In this document: one piece after another, positions 21,668 to 32,400 of the stretch
Numbering within the stretch: the first letter of the stretch is position 1
How the letters are laid out: every line of letters begins with the position of its first letter
Position numbers and translations under genes: made by a program
Assembly: GCA_946965045.2 (NCBI GenBank)
Contig: OX337230.1
Location: forward strand, 124,001-188,000
DNA from: Epithemia pelagica
Taxonomy: Eukaryota; Protista; Bacillariophyta
DNA: 64,000 nt
Direction of reading: 5' to 3'
Notes under the pieces: model-generated
Told to the model about the DNA's origin: nothing
Databases searched by the model: none
Seen by the model: the letters and a program-made list of their open reading frames with translations, nothing else

Positions 21668-24600
21668 AAAAAAGGAACAATCTATTTTAACGCTGCCGCG
21701 CGTACCCGCTAGGGTATCGTCGACCGACGCGCCCGGCCTCAGAAAACTGAGGCGAGGACTAACAAATCAAGAAAAAGGTTGGAACATTACGGGAAAGGGT
21801 GTGCAGACCGGAGGATGACTGGGCGCCAAGTATTGAGCCAGTTCCTCAGTTGGATGGATGTAGTAGAGAAGGTTAAATGGATTTCAGGAGAATCGTAGAA
21901 AAGGATGGTATCAGAGGGATTGACTTGGGGTTTGAGGAGGTAGAGTGCTCGGACTTCGCGTTGAGCTTGAGAATATGCGGCAGCTTCAATAGTTGCAGGA
22001 TTATCGCCGTGTAGATTCTGATTGCGTTGGAGCCACAGACGATGCGCATGATGCCAGAGAACAGTGATGGTAGAAGAAACTAGACGAACACCAGAAAATT
22101 TAGGGGAAGAGATACCTTGGGAGCGAAGAAACTGATCCTGTAAGCGAGACCAGTGAGAAGAGAATCGGCCCATGAAGAGCTGATCGATGCCGATGGTAAT
22201 TTGCGACAAAAGAGCGCGTTGATAGACTGAAGAAACAAGGGAAATGGAAGGGGATGTATCTTGAAGCCACGAGCGAAGACATTCGGAGAGGAGTAGGGTG
22301 ATAGTCGGATCAGCATGAAGGGAATTCCACAATTTATCCAGATCGGAGAACAAGGTGACAGACCATTGTCGATGTGGACAACGAAGAAAATGTGACCACG
22401 TTTCAAGTGTTGTGGGACATAACGGACATGAATCTTGATAGAAGGAAGCATATCGTGAGCGCAGATGTCCAAGTGGTAGCCAATCGTGAATGTACTTGAT
22501 AATGAAATGACGGAGTGGGAAGTTGGCGTTAATGGCTCGTCCATGTGCTACCCAATCAACCGAATTAAAAGTTTCGTTAGACCAGTTGAATTTGTTGCAT
22601 AGGTAGTGAGAAGAACGTTCAAATGTAGACAACCGACGTAATATCGAGCGGTACTTGGACGTGATCGTGCCGTCTTGGCAATGAAGGATTGCTCTGCTAC
22701 CAGTAACCAGAGGAGCCAACGTAGAGGACACATTAGACGGATAAGTATACGAAGAAGCCAGACCATCAGCGTCAATATTCAGTTGAGATGGCAACGGAAG
22801 CGTTGTGTAATCATGAGCATCATCCTGGTGCCCTTTAACGTGTTGTATATGAGGCATACGGTCAAAGAGTCGTAGAGATGATGAAATCGACTGTTGTAGA
22901 TCCCAATCAGCCGACATAGTGGAATATGGAAATTCCACTAGCCACTCTAACCGTTTGTGGATTGTAGTGATCAAGCTTTCCGAGTCTGTATAAAGCCGTA
23001 GGTCACGAGGCAGTGGGATCTCAGAGAATGAGCAGAAGTGAACCAAGAATCGGAGTAAAGCTAGGAAGCCGTAACTTTCAGCTCTAAACGAAGAAGTACG
23101 GTAACCTGGTGCGGGCCCGTGAATCATAAACAATCGCTGACCAGAGTCAGTTGCACACGTACACCCGAAAGTGCCTTGAAATTGCGCTGCAGATCCGTCG
23201 CTGCAAAGAAGCAGAGGACAAGATGGTCGCGTCAGATAATCGATCAGTTCCACGTCGGTACACACCAGCGTGTGTAAATCCAATAGTAGGTTCTCCCATG
23301 AGGGCAATCGTCGAACATAAGCATCAAAAGTGTTCAGTGGAGGAGTCGGTTGAGTTGCGACAACGGAACGCGAAGGAAGAACCATTCTCGCAGGTCCGGT
23401 GTTGGCAGTAGCCACTGGGCAGGCAGTTGAGGGGACATCGCCGCGGATAGTATTAGTTGCAATAAACAATGGACCAGTAGAGCGAAATTCCTGCCATTGG
23501 TTTGCAGCGACATGAACAAACAGAGTGGAACGGTCTTGAGAAAGATAGGAGAACCATTTTCGTATTGTTGTAGTACCTCCAAATAACCATCGACACAAAG
23601 GAGAGGCAAGTCGACGAGCAGAGTGCGGAGCCAAGAAGGATTGAAGGAACCGTCGCCATGTGCTCCAAGCCCGAGGTCCAGGACGTGCCTGGTATGGCGT
23701 CAGATAAGTGCAACTTGATTTGTTGTCAATACGGCCGTCGATTGCCGCCAGAGTCAATGTACTACCATCTGGAGTGACAAGATCGCTGAGCATTGTAACT
23801 TGGAGATACAAACGGCACGCGTTGATCAGTTTGAGCTCGGTCGAGGAGGCAGTTAATTCCAGTGCGCTATCCATTAAGAACACATCGTTCTCGCGTTGCA
23901 GTTTTGGGACAAAGGTTTCTTCTAATTCCACACGGCAATCAACCTCGGACAAGAATTTACGTAGTTGTGGAACCCATTGCATGGGAGACAAGTGAGGAAG
24001 AGGAGTATGAACATCCTCCAAAATAGGTACTCCTGTTCCAGCAAGAAACTGACCCCAAGACATCATGATCGATGCGAGTTTATACGGTACTCCAGTTGAC
24101 CGAATACATGCGAGAAGAAGATACAGCTGCGCGATCCCTCTCTCGATAGATAATGTGCGTAAACCGAGACCACCATAATCAGAGGAACCATACACCACAG
24201 CGTTGGGCATATTTCTGTTGAATCCATACTTTGGTAAGAATGCGCGTTTGAACTGACGTTGTAAGGCGTTGCAATACCCGGTGGAAAGTGTCGACGATGG
24301 AAATGGGTAGCAAATACTCGGAAGATAAATGGCATGATAGTACGACCATGCTTCCGTACGGGTGAAGGGACTTCTTGCCATAACACGGCTGTGTGCGAGA
24401 TTCCGTTTTGATAGAGCAGTGAACAGCCCGGTGTTAGTAGCATGGGGCGATTTCTGCACTCCGAGTGTTTTGTGACTCTTAAACGAGGATAGTTGCTTCA
24501 AAGGGACACTAGGATTCCCGTCCTTGAAAGCGATTGTGATTGTTGGGGCAAAGCTGCCATCTTTTAGAAGGGGTAACCCGTCGACCGAGAATGTGTAGTA

Positions 24601-27084
24601 AAGAAAATGGTATGAGCACTTGAGAGGGTTCAGAGCTCCTCCAGAGAGGTCCAGTAGGTCATTCCAACGTTGGGCATCTGACTGGGCTTTTGCAAGATAA
24701 TGTTCTGGGCGAGCCGCTTGCGGTAGTGTGAAGTCGTTCACACTACCGCTAGTGTCGTCGACGAATCCAATCATATATACCGAAGTGTGTACCGATCCGT
24801 CAGGAGAGACAAACGTTGCTCCATTGGCTTTCGCTTCATATGTTTCGAACAGGATGCTAGAAACAACACACCAAATGGCGGGAGAATTTCCAGCACCCTG
24901 GCCAGAACCGTAGATTGGATATATCGTGCAGTGTTTGTAAAATTGTTCAGATACTCCCAATTGCGTTTTGAGAAAGTATTTTGCCTCTGCCAAAGTTGTT
25001 GCATTGATAAACACGATTGACTGATTTTGCCCGTAGCTGCGAGACGCGAGACTGCCGAAAGAGAGAATAATCCTGTCGTAGCAGGCTGTTGCGTCGTAGT
25101 CGAGGTGTACCAAAGGGCGCTTGCTGGCCCAAGAAATTTCATACTGAAATTCTTCACACAACGTTGGAATCACGGCGTCGCGTCCTGGGACGCCACCAAA
25201 CTGGGTAGTTTGCAAAGCTTGTTGGTTTGTTGCGAGCTGAATCATATGGCGCCACTTTAGAGCCAGGACTAAGTTATAGTCCTGCTCGTAAAGATGTATG
25301 ACTCGAAGACGATGGATGCGTAAGTCGTCTGGTTCTTTTAGAATCATGACGTTCACAATGTGTTTCCATCTAGCAAACGAATAGTGGTTCTCCAATGCAC
25401 AATTCAGTAGACCGATGTGCCAATCAATCAAGTCATTCCTTTGTTGTTCTAGAACTTGCCCTTCTTCTGTACTTGGATCGATATCGTGTTCAGCAATAAG
25501 AGCTTTGCTATGTCCTAAATGAAAGCCCGATGGCGACGTTGTAGTAGACTCTGGCCAGGATCGCATCTTCCCAATCCAGTCTTCTTTGCTAATTGCACAC
25601 GGAATTGCATCAATAGACACTCTCGACTTCATATGGTCCAGTAGGCTTTGTTGCATTTTGTCTAACTCATCTGATTGCCATTCTCCCTCTAAGATCAATT
25701 CCGCTGTGTGCGTTGAGGCACCCCAATCGCACCATTCCGAGAACGGTGGTTTCGTAGGAAAAGTTCCGTCCGCTTGGCCAAAGTGGCGTCTGTTTCGTTG
25801 AAGTAGACGTTCTTCTATCTCTGCTGGCGTATCTATGGTAATCCAGCTTGAACAGTTGTTGTAGTCTGTTGTCGTAGTATCTGCTGGAACTTCCAGGCGC
25901 GTAATCCCCGATTTCTTACTCCCCCGGTACTGTCGAAGCTTCGCATACATTGCTTTTGTCCTCTCTGCTGCGATTCGATGCTTTAAAGTTTTTGATTGTT
26001 GTTTATCGCCTCGATCTATAGCATCTTGAAGTGCAAGTTGGAGTTCATTTTGACGCCTGAATACAGCCTGTTTCGTCATGCTCTTAATCTTTTGTTGTAT
26101 TACCCGAAGTTCAGTACGGCATGCAGAAATTATTGATAGAAATCCCCCGACATGTCCTTGATTTGTGATGTGTGCAATTCCGTCATCGAAGGATCGTTTC
26201 AAGCGGGTAGCAGAGATCAATTTCTGTAATAAGTTCTTGCGTTGTCGAAGTTCAGCTAACTCAGTGACGTAAGGTACGTCGCGAGGTTTCTTTGCACACT
26301 GTTTAGCAGCATGCTCGCCTGCACGCTGGAAGTCTTGATCTAACCGTTCTGCCAACTCAGGATCCCATGATGTTTTGAGACGCTCTAGTCTCTGTTGAAA
26401 GTTGTGTTCCCGGCAGTACTTGTGTTTAGCTGAGAGATATACGCGGTTTGAAGCCTTGTCCTTGCTTGTGAAATCACAACTGGAAATAGGGCCCAATTCT
26501 TGTGTTTTGTTGCCGAAAAGTCGTTCCACATTGAAGTCGATGAAGATGTTTCGATGATCACCACGAGACCGTTGTCCAAAAGGCTCGTAACATCCGTCTA
26601 CGACAGCTTCAGCTACCCAATCGGATGCTAAAACATAATCAATTCGCTCTCTTCCTCTCACATGTGTTGCAAATTCCGCTGTCCCGAGAATTTGATGCAT
26701 TACATCGCATAAATCAAGTGCGGTACATAGTTGCGACATCCCTCTGTTCTCATCATTCAGAGGCTCGTTAAAATCTCCCATCAGGAGAATGCCAGATTGT
26801 CCTGCCTGTTTCTCTTTGATGAAAGTAGATAAATCGGTAACAAATGCTTCACGGGGGCTACACATCCGTCGTGCTTGCCGTAGCATTGATGTTTGTTGTG
26901 CGGATGCAGATAAGGACCGGATCTGACCAGTTGTTCCATCGACGATTGTTTGTTTACATACTTGATAGGCGGTAATAATCGTTAGCGATTTGTGTCCGCG
27001 GCACGAGAATGTTTGATAAGCCCAGCGTCCGAGAGGATCTCGACCCTGGGCGGTAACTCTACCAGTTGAGCGTCCTTGACCAGA
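21668..27084 (-). mobile_element. 5'-truncated non-LTR retrotransposon (APE endonuclease, RT, RNase H, CCHC), flanked by a 14-bp TSD CTGCCACAACATAA
   Basis: TSD copies at 21654-21667 and 27085-27098. The domain order resembles diatom RNase H-bearing non-LTR elements such as Ambal (clade assignment is inference). Confidence 0.9.
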
Positions 27085-27096
27085 CTGCCACAACAT
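21787..27096 (-). CDS. Non-LTR ORF2 polyprotein, truncated within the endonuclease but otherwise uninterrupted
   Basis: APE motifs ILLMGDFNE, RIDYV and DHRNIF; RT motifs LDYDATACYD, GSGQG and GFVDD; RNase H motifs CSDGS, RAESYG, YTDSES and HVKGHQD; C-terminal CPLC...HFLRC. Confidence 0.9.
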   Translation of the reverse strand: MLWQSGQGRSTGRVTAQGRDPLGRWAYQTFSCRGHKSLTIITAYQVCKQTIVDGTTGQIRSLSASAQQTSMLRQARRMCSPREAFVTDLSTFIKEKQAGQSGILLMGDFNEPLNDENRGMSQLCTALDLCDVMHQILGTAEFATHVRGRERIDYVLASDWVAEAVVDGCYEPFGQRSRGDHRNIFIDFNVERLFGNKTQELGPISSCDFTSKDKASNRVYLSAKHKYCREHNFQQRLERLKTSWDPELAERLDQDFQRAGEHAAKQCAKKPRDVPYVTELAELRQRKNLLQKLISATRLKRSFDDGIAHITNQGHVGGFLSIISACRTELRVIQQKIKSMTKQAVFRRQNELQLALQDAIDRGDKQQSKTLKHRIAAERTKAMYAKLRQYRGSKKSGITRLEVPADTTTTDYNNCSSWITIDTPAEIEERLLQRNRRHFGQADGTFPTKPPFSEWCDWGASTHTAELILEGEWQSDELDKMQQSLLDHMKSRVSIDAIPCAISKEDWIGKMRSWPESTTTSPSGFHLGHSKALIAEHDIDPSTEEGQVLEQQRNDLIDWHIGLLNCALENHYSFARWKHIVNVMILKEPDDLRIHRLRVIHLYEQDYNLVLALKWRHMIQLATNQQALQTTQFGGVPGRDAVIPTLCEEFQYEISWASKRPLVHLDYDATACYDRIILSFGSLASRSYGQNQSIVFINATTLAEAKYFLKTQLGVSEQFYKHCTIYPIYGSGQGAGNSPAIWCVVSSILFETYEAKANGATFVSPDGSVHTSVYMIGFVDDTSGSVNDFTLPQAARPEHYLAKAQSDAQRWNDLLDLSGGALNPLKCSYHFLYYTFSVDGLPLLKDGSFAPTITIAFKDGNPSVPLKQLSSFKSHKTLGVQKSPHATNTGLFTALSKRNLAHSRVMARSPFTRTEAWSYYHAIYLPSICYPFPSSTLSTGYCNALQRQFKRAFLPKYGFNRNMPNAVVYGSSDYGGLGLRTLSIERGIAQLYLLLACIRSTGVPYKLASIMMSWGQFLAGTGVPILEDVHTPLPHLSPMQWVPQLRKFLSEVDCRVELEETFVPKLQRENDVFLMDSALELTASSTELKLINACRLYLQVTMLSDLVTPDGSTLTLAAIDGRIDNKSSCTYLTPYQARPGPRAWSTWRRFLQSFLAPHSARRLASPLCRWLFGGTTTIRKWFSYLSQDRSTLFVHVAANQWQEFRSTGPLFIATNTIRGDVPSTACPVATANTGPARMVLPSRSVVATQPTPPLNTFDAYVRRLPSWENLLLDLHTLVCTDVELIDYLTRPSCPLLLCSDGSAAQFQGTFGCTCATDSGQRLFMIHGPAPGYRTSSFRAESYGFLALLRFLVHFCSFSEIPLPRDLRLYTDSESLITTIHKRLEWLVEFPYSTMSADWDLQQSISSSLRLFDRMPHIQHVKGHQDDAHDYTTLPLPSQLNIDADGLASSYTYPSNVSSTLAPLVTGSRAILHCQDGTITSKYRSILRRLSTFERSSHYLCNKFNWSNETFNSVDWVAHGRAINANFPLRHFIIKYIHDWLPLGHLRSRYASFYQDSCPLCPTTLETWSHFLRCPHRQWSVTLFSDLDKLWNSLHADPTITLLLSECLRSWLQDTSPSISLVSSVYQRALLSQITIGIDQLFMGRFSSHWSRLQDQFLRSQGISSPKFSGVRLVSSTITVLWHHAHRLWLQRNQNLHGDNPATIEAAAYSQAQREVRALYLLKPQVNPSDTILFYDSPEIHLTFSTTSIQLRNWLNTWRPVILRSAHPFP

Positions 27097-27301
27097 AATA
27101 TTATATGCCCGCAAAAAAGTTGGTGGGGAATCGCAAAACAGGAATTTCGTCCCCCAAAACAACAGCCCGAGCTATATCCATCTTTTGTCATTGTTTCACA
27201 ATCATTCATTCATTCATCTCTCTCTGTCCAGCCAAAGACGAAAAGAACGGAACGAGCAGTGTTTCTCCAAACACAGCATCATCATCATCATCATCATCAT
27301 C

Positions 27302-28939
27302 ATGACAAAGAAGACGACCACAACCAGTCCCAAGAATCCTCGTGCCAATACTGTGGAGGAAGCATTGCCCTCCTCCATGGTCGGATCATTCAACAACAAC
27401 GTATCAATGCTTGTCCGACACTCTCATTCTTCTCCTCCTCCTTTTCCAGATTGCCGCACCACCACCTCGTCCTCCTCCTACTTGTCTGTGTCCAAACGAC
27501 GGATACCACCACCACCGCCCTCCTCATCTTTGTCATTCTCGTCACTCCGACGACAGGCAACAGCAGTACGCCACGAACGATTGACGAATCGTAGCAGTCG
27601 TTCACGCTGGATTCGGCCCAGCAATCATCGATCGAGTTTGTTTCTCCTCTTGTGTTTTGCTACGGTCCTGATCAATCATTCCTTCTTCTTGTTGCATCAT
27701 TATTCCTTTTCATCTCTCCTACAACAAGAACAACAACCCAATACCCTCATCATGGTGGACTTGTTGCAATCCTCGCATCCACAAGTCTCGCGTGCCAAAC
27801 GACAGGATTGGAACGTTCCATCCTTTCCACCACCAGAACTACAACAGTCCCATCCAATCCAGAGACGAACTCATCCTTCTGCCAGTAGTAATAGTATGGA
27901 TCCAACCACCACCAATACAAACAAGAGGAGGAACCCACCAAACAATGACACAAGGTCCTTTTTTCAAGACAGGATTGACACGACAGTTCCAAAGCGAAAG
28001 CAACGACGAGCCACGAACCACAAGATCCATACCACAATCAGCACCGCCCCCAACAACAACGACCCTCCTCCTCGAGTGGAGCAGCTCCGCGATTATCGTC
28101 AGTGTTCCTTGCACTTGAATCCCCGTTTGGTTGAGGGCCTCCAAGGCTGTGTCATTCACGACTTGACGGGCATTCCGTATTGTCACTATGCGGCACCGGC
28201 GCAATTGCAACTCCACACGCAGTTCATCCATGTATCGGCTGGCAATGAATCCATTGCGTCCGTCCTGGGACGCGACGAAACTCTGGAATTTCCGCGATAT
28301 GAAAAGGATACAAACGACCCAGAGACCGCCGCTGCCTTGGTCCTCGTCCTGCCCCACGCCAATTCGACCAGGACGACTCCTTCGTTGCGGTACGAGAATT
28401 GTTGGTCGCAGCCATGCCGAATGGACGGCTCCATTCCACAACAACAACAACAAGGTCCATCCAAGCAGCAAAAAGGACAACGGCCCCACTTTTATTATAT
28501 TAACGACATTTTGAACCATTTGAAAATTGTGCAGCCAACCAAGGAGACGACAAAGAATGGTGTCATGGTCGATTATTCCAGTCCTACTACAAGAACAAGA
28601 AGAACGACTACTACTATCACCACGACGAAGAATTCAAACGACGACAACGTCTGCACCCATTACGTATCGGGCCGTGTCTTGTTGATTACCCGATACGACT
28701 ATTGCAATATCTACTTTGTCCTTCGAGATTGGTTTCAAGCCTTTTTGACCCTCTCCCCCGCCCCACCGTTTTCGTCGCACAACAACCAGGACACGAATGA
28801 CGTGTCGATTATTTTCTTGGATGGTCACGCCCAAGGGGCCCTGGATCCAGCCTGGCGGCAATTGTTTGGTCCCACCTACTTTATCAAGTCCTCCTTTGCT
28901 ACTGCAACACCCAACACGGATAGGAGGAATAGTACGGGG
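27302..28939 (+). pseudogene. GT61 (EOGT-like) glycosyltransferase, 5' part, interrupted by Copia-2
   Basis: Type II TM (SLFLLLCFATVLINHSFFLL) and RYDYCNIYFVLRDWFQAF. The frame runs into the LTR at 28940. Confidence 0.8.
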
Positions 28940-29442
28940 TGTCAGAGTCACTAGCATACACTGGGTATACTAATAGCTAGGGGAATACCGCGTAGTCGGG
29001 GTGGAGATTGATCAAGTCTCCACACCAACCTAGAAGTCTTTTGCGTTGCAAAAACTCCTGTATCGATATTATGATTAAAGCTATAGAGTAAACAAAGTGA
29101 TCTTGAGTTCCTCATTTTGATTCCTCGCTTTGGTTTCCAGGAATTGATCTGCTATCTTGCAACGCACAGCTTGATTCAAATGGACGATAGTTATCTCATT
29201 TGTTGTTTGTTGTGTCATAGGTTAGTTAGCAAAACATGAGTGTCGTAGACACAAACAACGAGTGGCCCGGCGTTCTGTGGCGCCAAAAGCCCATCCTGCG
29301 CGTTATGCATGCGCGGATTCCGACATGTAGGCTTATATCATTGGGTCATGCAACACAAACTCCCAGTCGTGCAAATTCAATATTTCAAAACACAAATACA
29401 AATTTGAAAACGCGACTGGTGCTAAAAACATAAACTGCGACT
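28940..29442 (-). repeat. 3' LTR of Copia-2
   Basis: Direct repeat of 37590-38092; differs at 29216 (C) vs 37866 (A). Confidence 0.97.
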
Positions 29443-29468
29443 CTCCCTCTTGGGCTTGGTGTCACAGG

Positions 29469-32400
29469 TCACCATCCTTGATTTAGTTTTCGGATGGTCT
29501 CAAAGGTTTCTCGAGCCAGACCTTTCGTGAGGATGTCGGCCCGTTGCAACTTGGTGTCGATTTTGGAAATCGTAATCGTGCGATCTTCCATATTGGATTT
29601 CGAGGACACAATGGTTGCGTTTGTGGCTTTCACCTGGGACCAAAACCAGTGCCACTTGTTGTTTAGCGAGCGAGATCGAGAGGTGAGACGTTGGTTGGTG
29701 GCCACAAGGTAAGCACTATTGTTGTCCTCATGGACTTCTGCAGTAATCCGTGGCACACTTGGATTGATTCTCACACAAGAGTTTAACTCGTTCAAGACTT
29801 CTTGCAACCAAACTACAACTCTCATGGCTTGGGACAGAGCCACGTGTTCGGAGTGAAAGGTGCTTGTTGCAATTTCGCTTTGCAATTGAGATTTCCAAAC
29901 CAGAGGACTTCCCCCAAAGAAAATGATATACCCAGTTCGGGACTTGGCGCTTGTTGGATCATCTTCTGGTTCTCGGCCGTGTAGACCCATGAAGTCTGCA
30001 TCGACATAACAATCAAGCCAATAATCTTTGCTTGGGCGAAAGATGGTGCCGTTGTCGATGGTCCGTGAGAGATATCGGATGATGGCTTTGACGGCTTGAG
30101 CGTGCGATTGTTTTGGATCATTGGAAAAACGTGCCACTTGGCTCACGGCAAACGTTATATCTGGCCGTGTGTTGGTGGAGAGATACAACAACATACCAAC
30201 CACTGACCGATAGTTCCAATTGTCTTTCATGGGAGGTCCGTTGGGATCACTTCCCAATCCAATCTGCGCTGCAGGGGTCCAATTTCCGTTGCAGTCTTCC
30301 ATCTTTGTGGTTTGGAGGATGCGCTTGATTAAGCCGGGTTGAGTCATTACAATCTCGTCTTTGTTCCGCTTGAAATCGATTCCCAGGTATTCTGCAAAGT
30401 CGGAGTCTTTGGACAATTCGAAACCTTTTGTTTTCAGTCGTTCTATGAATGCATCCACAAGAGTCATAGTGGGTGCAACGATGCCACAATCATCCACCCA
30501 AATGAAGAGAAGCATGTCTGGTTTCATGAAGAAACATTCGTCATGGTCGCTTTTCTTGAAACCATCTTCCAAAAGAGCTTCAATGAGTTTTTCATACCAT
30601 AATCTAGGGGCAATGGTCAAACCGTAGAGACTCTTCAGTAGACGTAGGCAGGTGGGTTCTGAGCTGGTTGACTTGAAACCAGGTGGTATGTGGATCCAGA
30701 TGGGTTCCTTGAGTTTTGCCTGGACGAAGGCATTGCTGAAGTCTATGCATACCATTACCCATTGTTGACTTAGGGCGTAGATCATGCAAATTCGGATGAT
30801 TGCCCAATTTACAACTGGTGAATAGGCGTCTGGTGCTTGTTCTTGAAGGTCGCCTCTCACGCAGTAGCGTCCTTTGTGCTTCTTGATTGTTCCATCGGCG
30901 TGGCGTTTTCGTTTGAAAACCCATGTGCCTGGTAGAATCTTGGTTTTGGCAGCCGACTGTGGCTCTTCAATCCGTGTCTCTTTTTCTGTTAGCTCATCAA
31001 TTTCTTGTTTTGCTGCCTTGCGCCAGTGAGGAAGGTCTGCATCTTTCAACGCTTGGTCGTAGCTCAGAGTGTCAGGGTCTACGATGGTTGCCTTGAAGAG
31101 TCCAATTGTAGCTTGAAAGGGCAGGTTGTCAAGAGTATCGACGTGGGCAAGGTAGGACTTGTGTGTGGGGTCCATGGATTCGACGAGACGATTGGGTGAA
31201 CGCCGGTTTCGGCCGGATCGACGAGGGGCTGGAGAGGCATGCTCCCTCTGGTTGGATGGCTCCCTCTGTTTGGTTGGCTCCCTCTGTGGCTTGTGTTCAG
31301 GTGGTTGTGATTTGGGGGCAGGAGGAGCCTGTGTTGGTGGACTCTCCCTCTGCTCCGTGGGCATGGTCCAATCATCCTTAAGGGAAAGGGGAGGGAGTTT
31401 GTGCGGTGCAGCCAAAGTGGTGGGAGGAGGATTGGTCGACATGCGCGACGGAGCATCGGCAGGCGACGACGGAACACTGGGTGGGGCAGACACTGGACGT
31501 GGAGTACTGACTGGGTGGGGCAAGGGAGGGGTAGCCGTGGTTGAAGGTGGTGGGACGGCAGGGGTGTCGTATGCCAGTGGAACAGGAGGGGTCGCGTTTT
31601 CCATGGCCTCAAAGATCTTGTTTTTGGTGAGTTCGGAGGCAGTGGCTTCGGGCGCGTCATTCGGAGAATCGTCGTCTGCTGATGGATCGTCGTATCCTGG
31701 TGAGTGCAGAATGTTGTCCATGTTTGCGAAGATTTGGTCAACTGTTGCATGTGGTGAGTGGGAGTTTTCGTTGGTTGCTGCCACTGTTGCAAACCAGTCG
31801 TCGAAGACAACGTGGTATTGCGGTGAGATTGTGCCCGTGTCGAGGTTAAGTACGAGTGGAGCGGTGAGTGCATGTTGTTGGGAGAATCCAACAAACATGC
31901 AGCGTTGACTTCTTGGCTTCCATCGTGGTAATTTCTTACCGTCTTGTATTGTTTTGTTCAGAACATATGCCGGTGCACCCCAGACATGAAGATCGTGGAA
32001 GCGGCGTTGCTCCCATCTTGTCTTGGTGAAGAGGTCGATGGGGGAAATTCCTGTTTCAATCTTTGGGAGTCGGTTGTAGATGAAAACAGCATGGTCGACG
32101 GCCATGGGCCAAAGAGTTGGGTCTGCAACTTCGGGCCAATGGGTGGCGGCGTGTAACATCATGGTCCTTGCCATGGACATGATGGTTTGGATGCTGCGCT
32201 CTGCCACGCCATTGTGGTGGTGTGCGCCTACACCGGCAAAGCTTGTTACTTGCTGAAAGGTTTGCAGGTGCTCGGTGTATTTCTTCGAGGTGAAGGCGGT
32301 GCCATTGTCTGTGTGATATTGTTGAATGATCACTCCTTGGTTCTGACATCGTTGTTCGTATTCTGTTTTTGCTTTTAGTGTTTGGTGGGTGTTAAGGTGA

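Noticed and set aside
27097-27162. N-terminal 22 aa of the 1791-aa LINE ORF in the track
   Set aside because: Lies outside the TSD-defined element and starts at TTG; it is host sequence.
29236-29433. 65-aa ORF repeated at 37886-38083
   Set aside because: Lies within the LTRs, so the identity reflects LTR duplication; no coding evidence.
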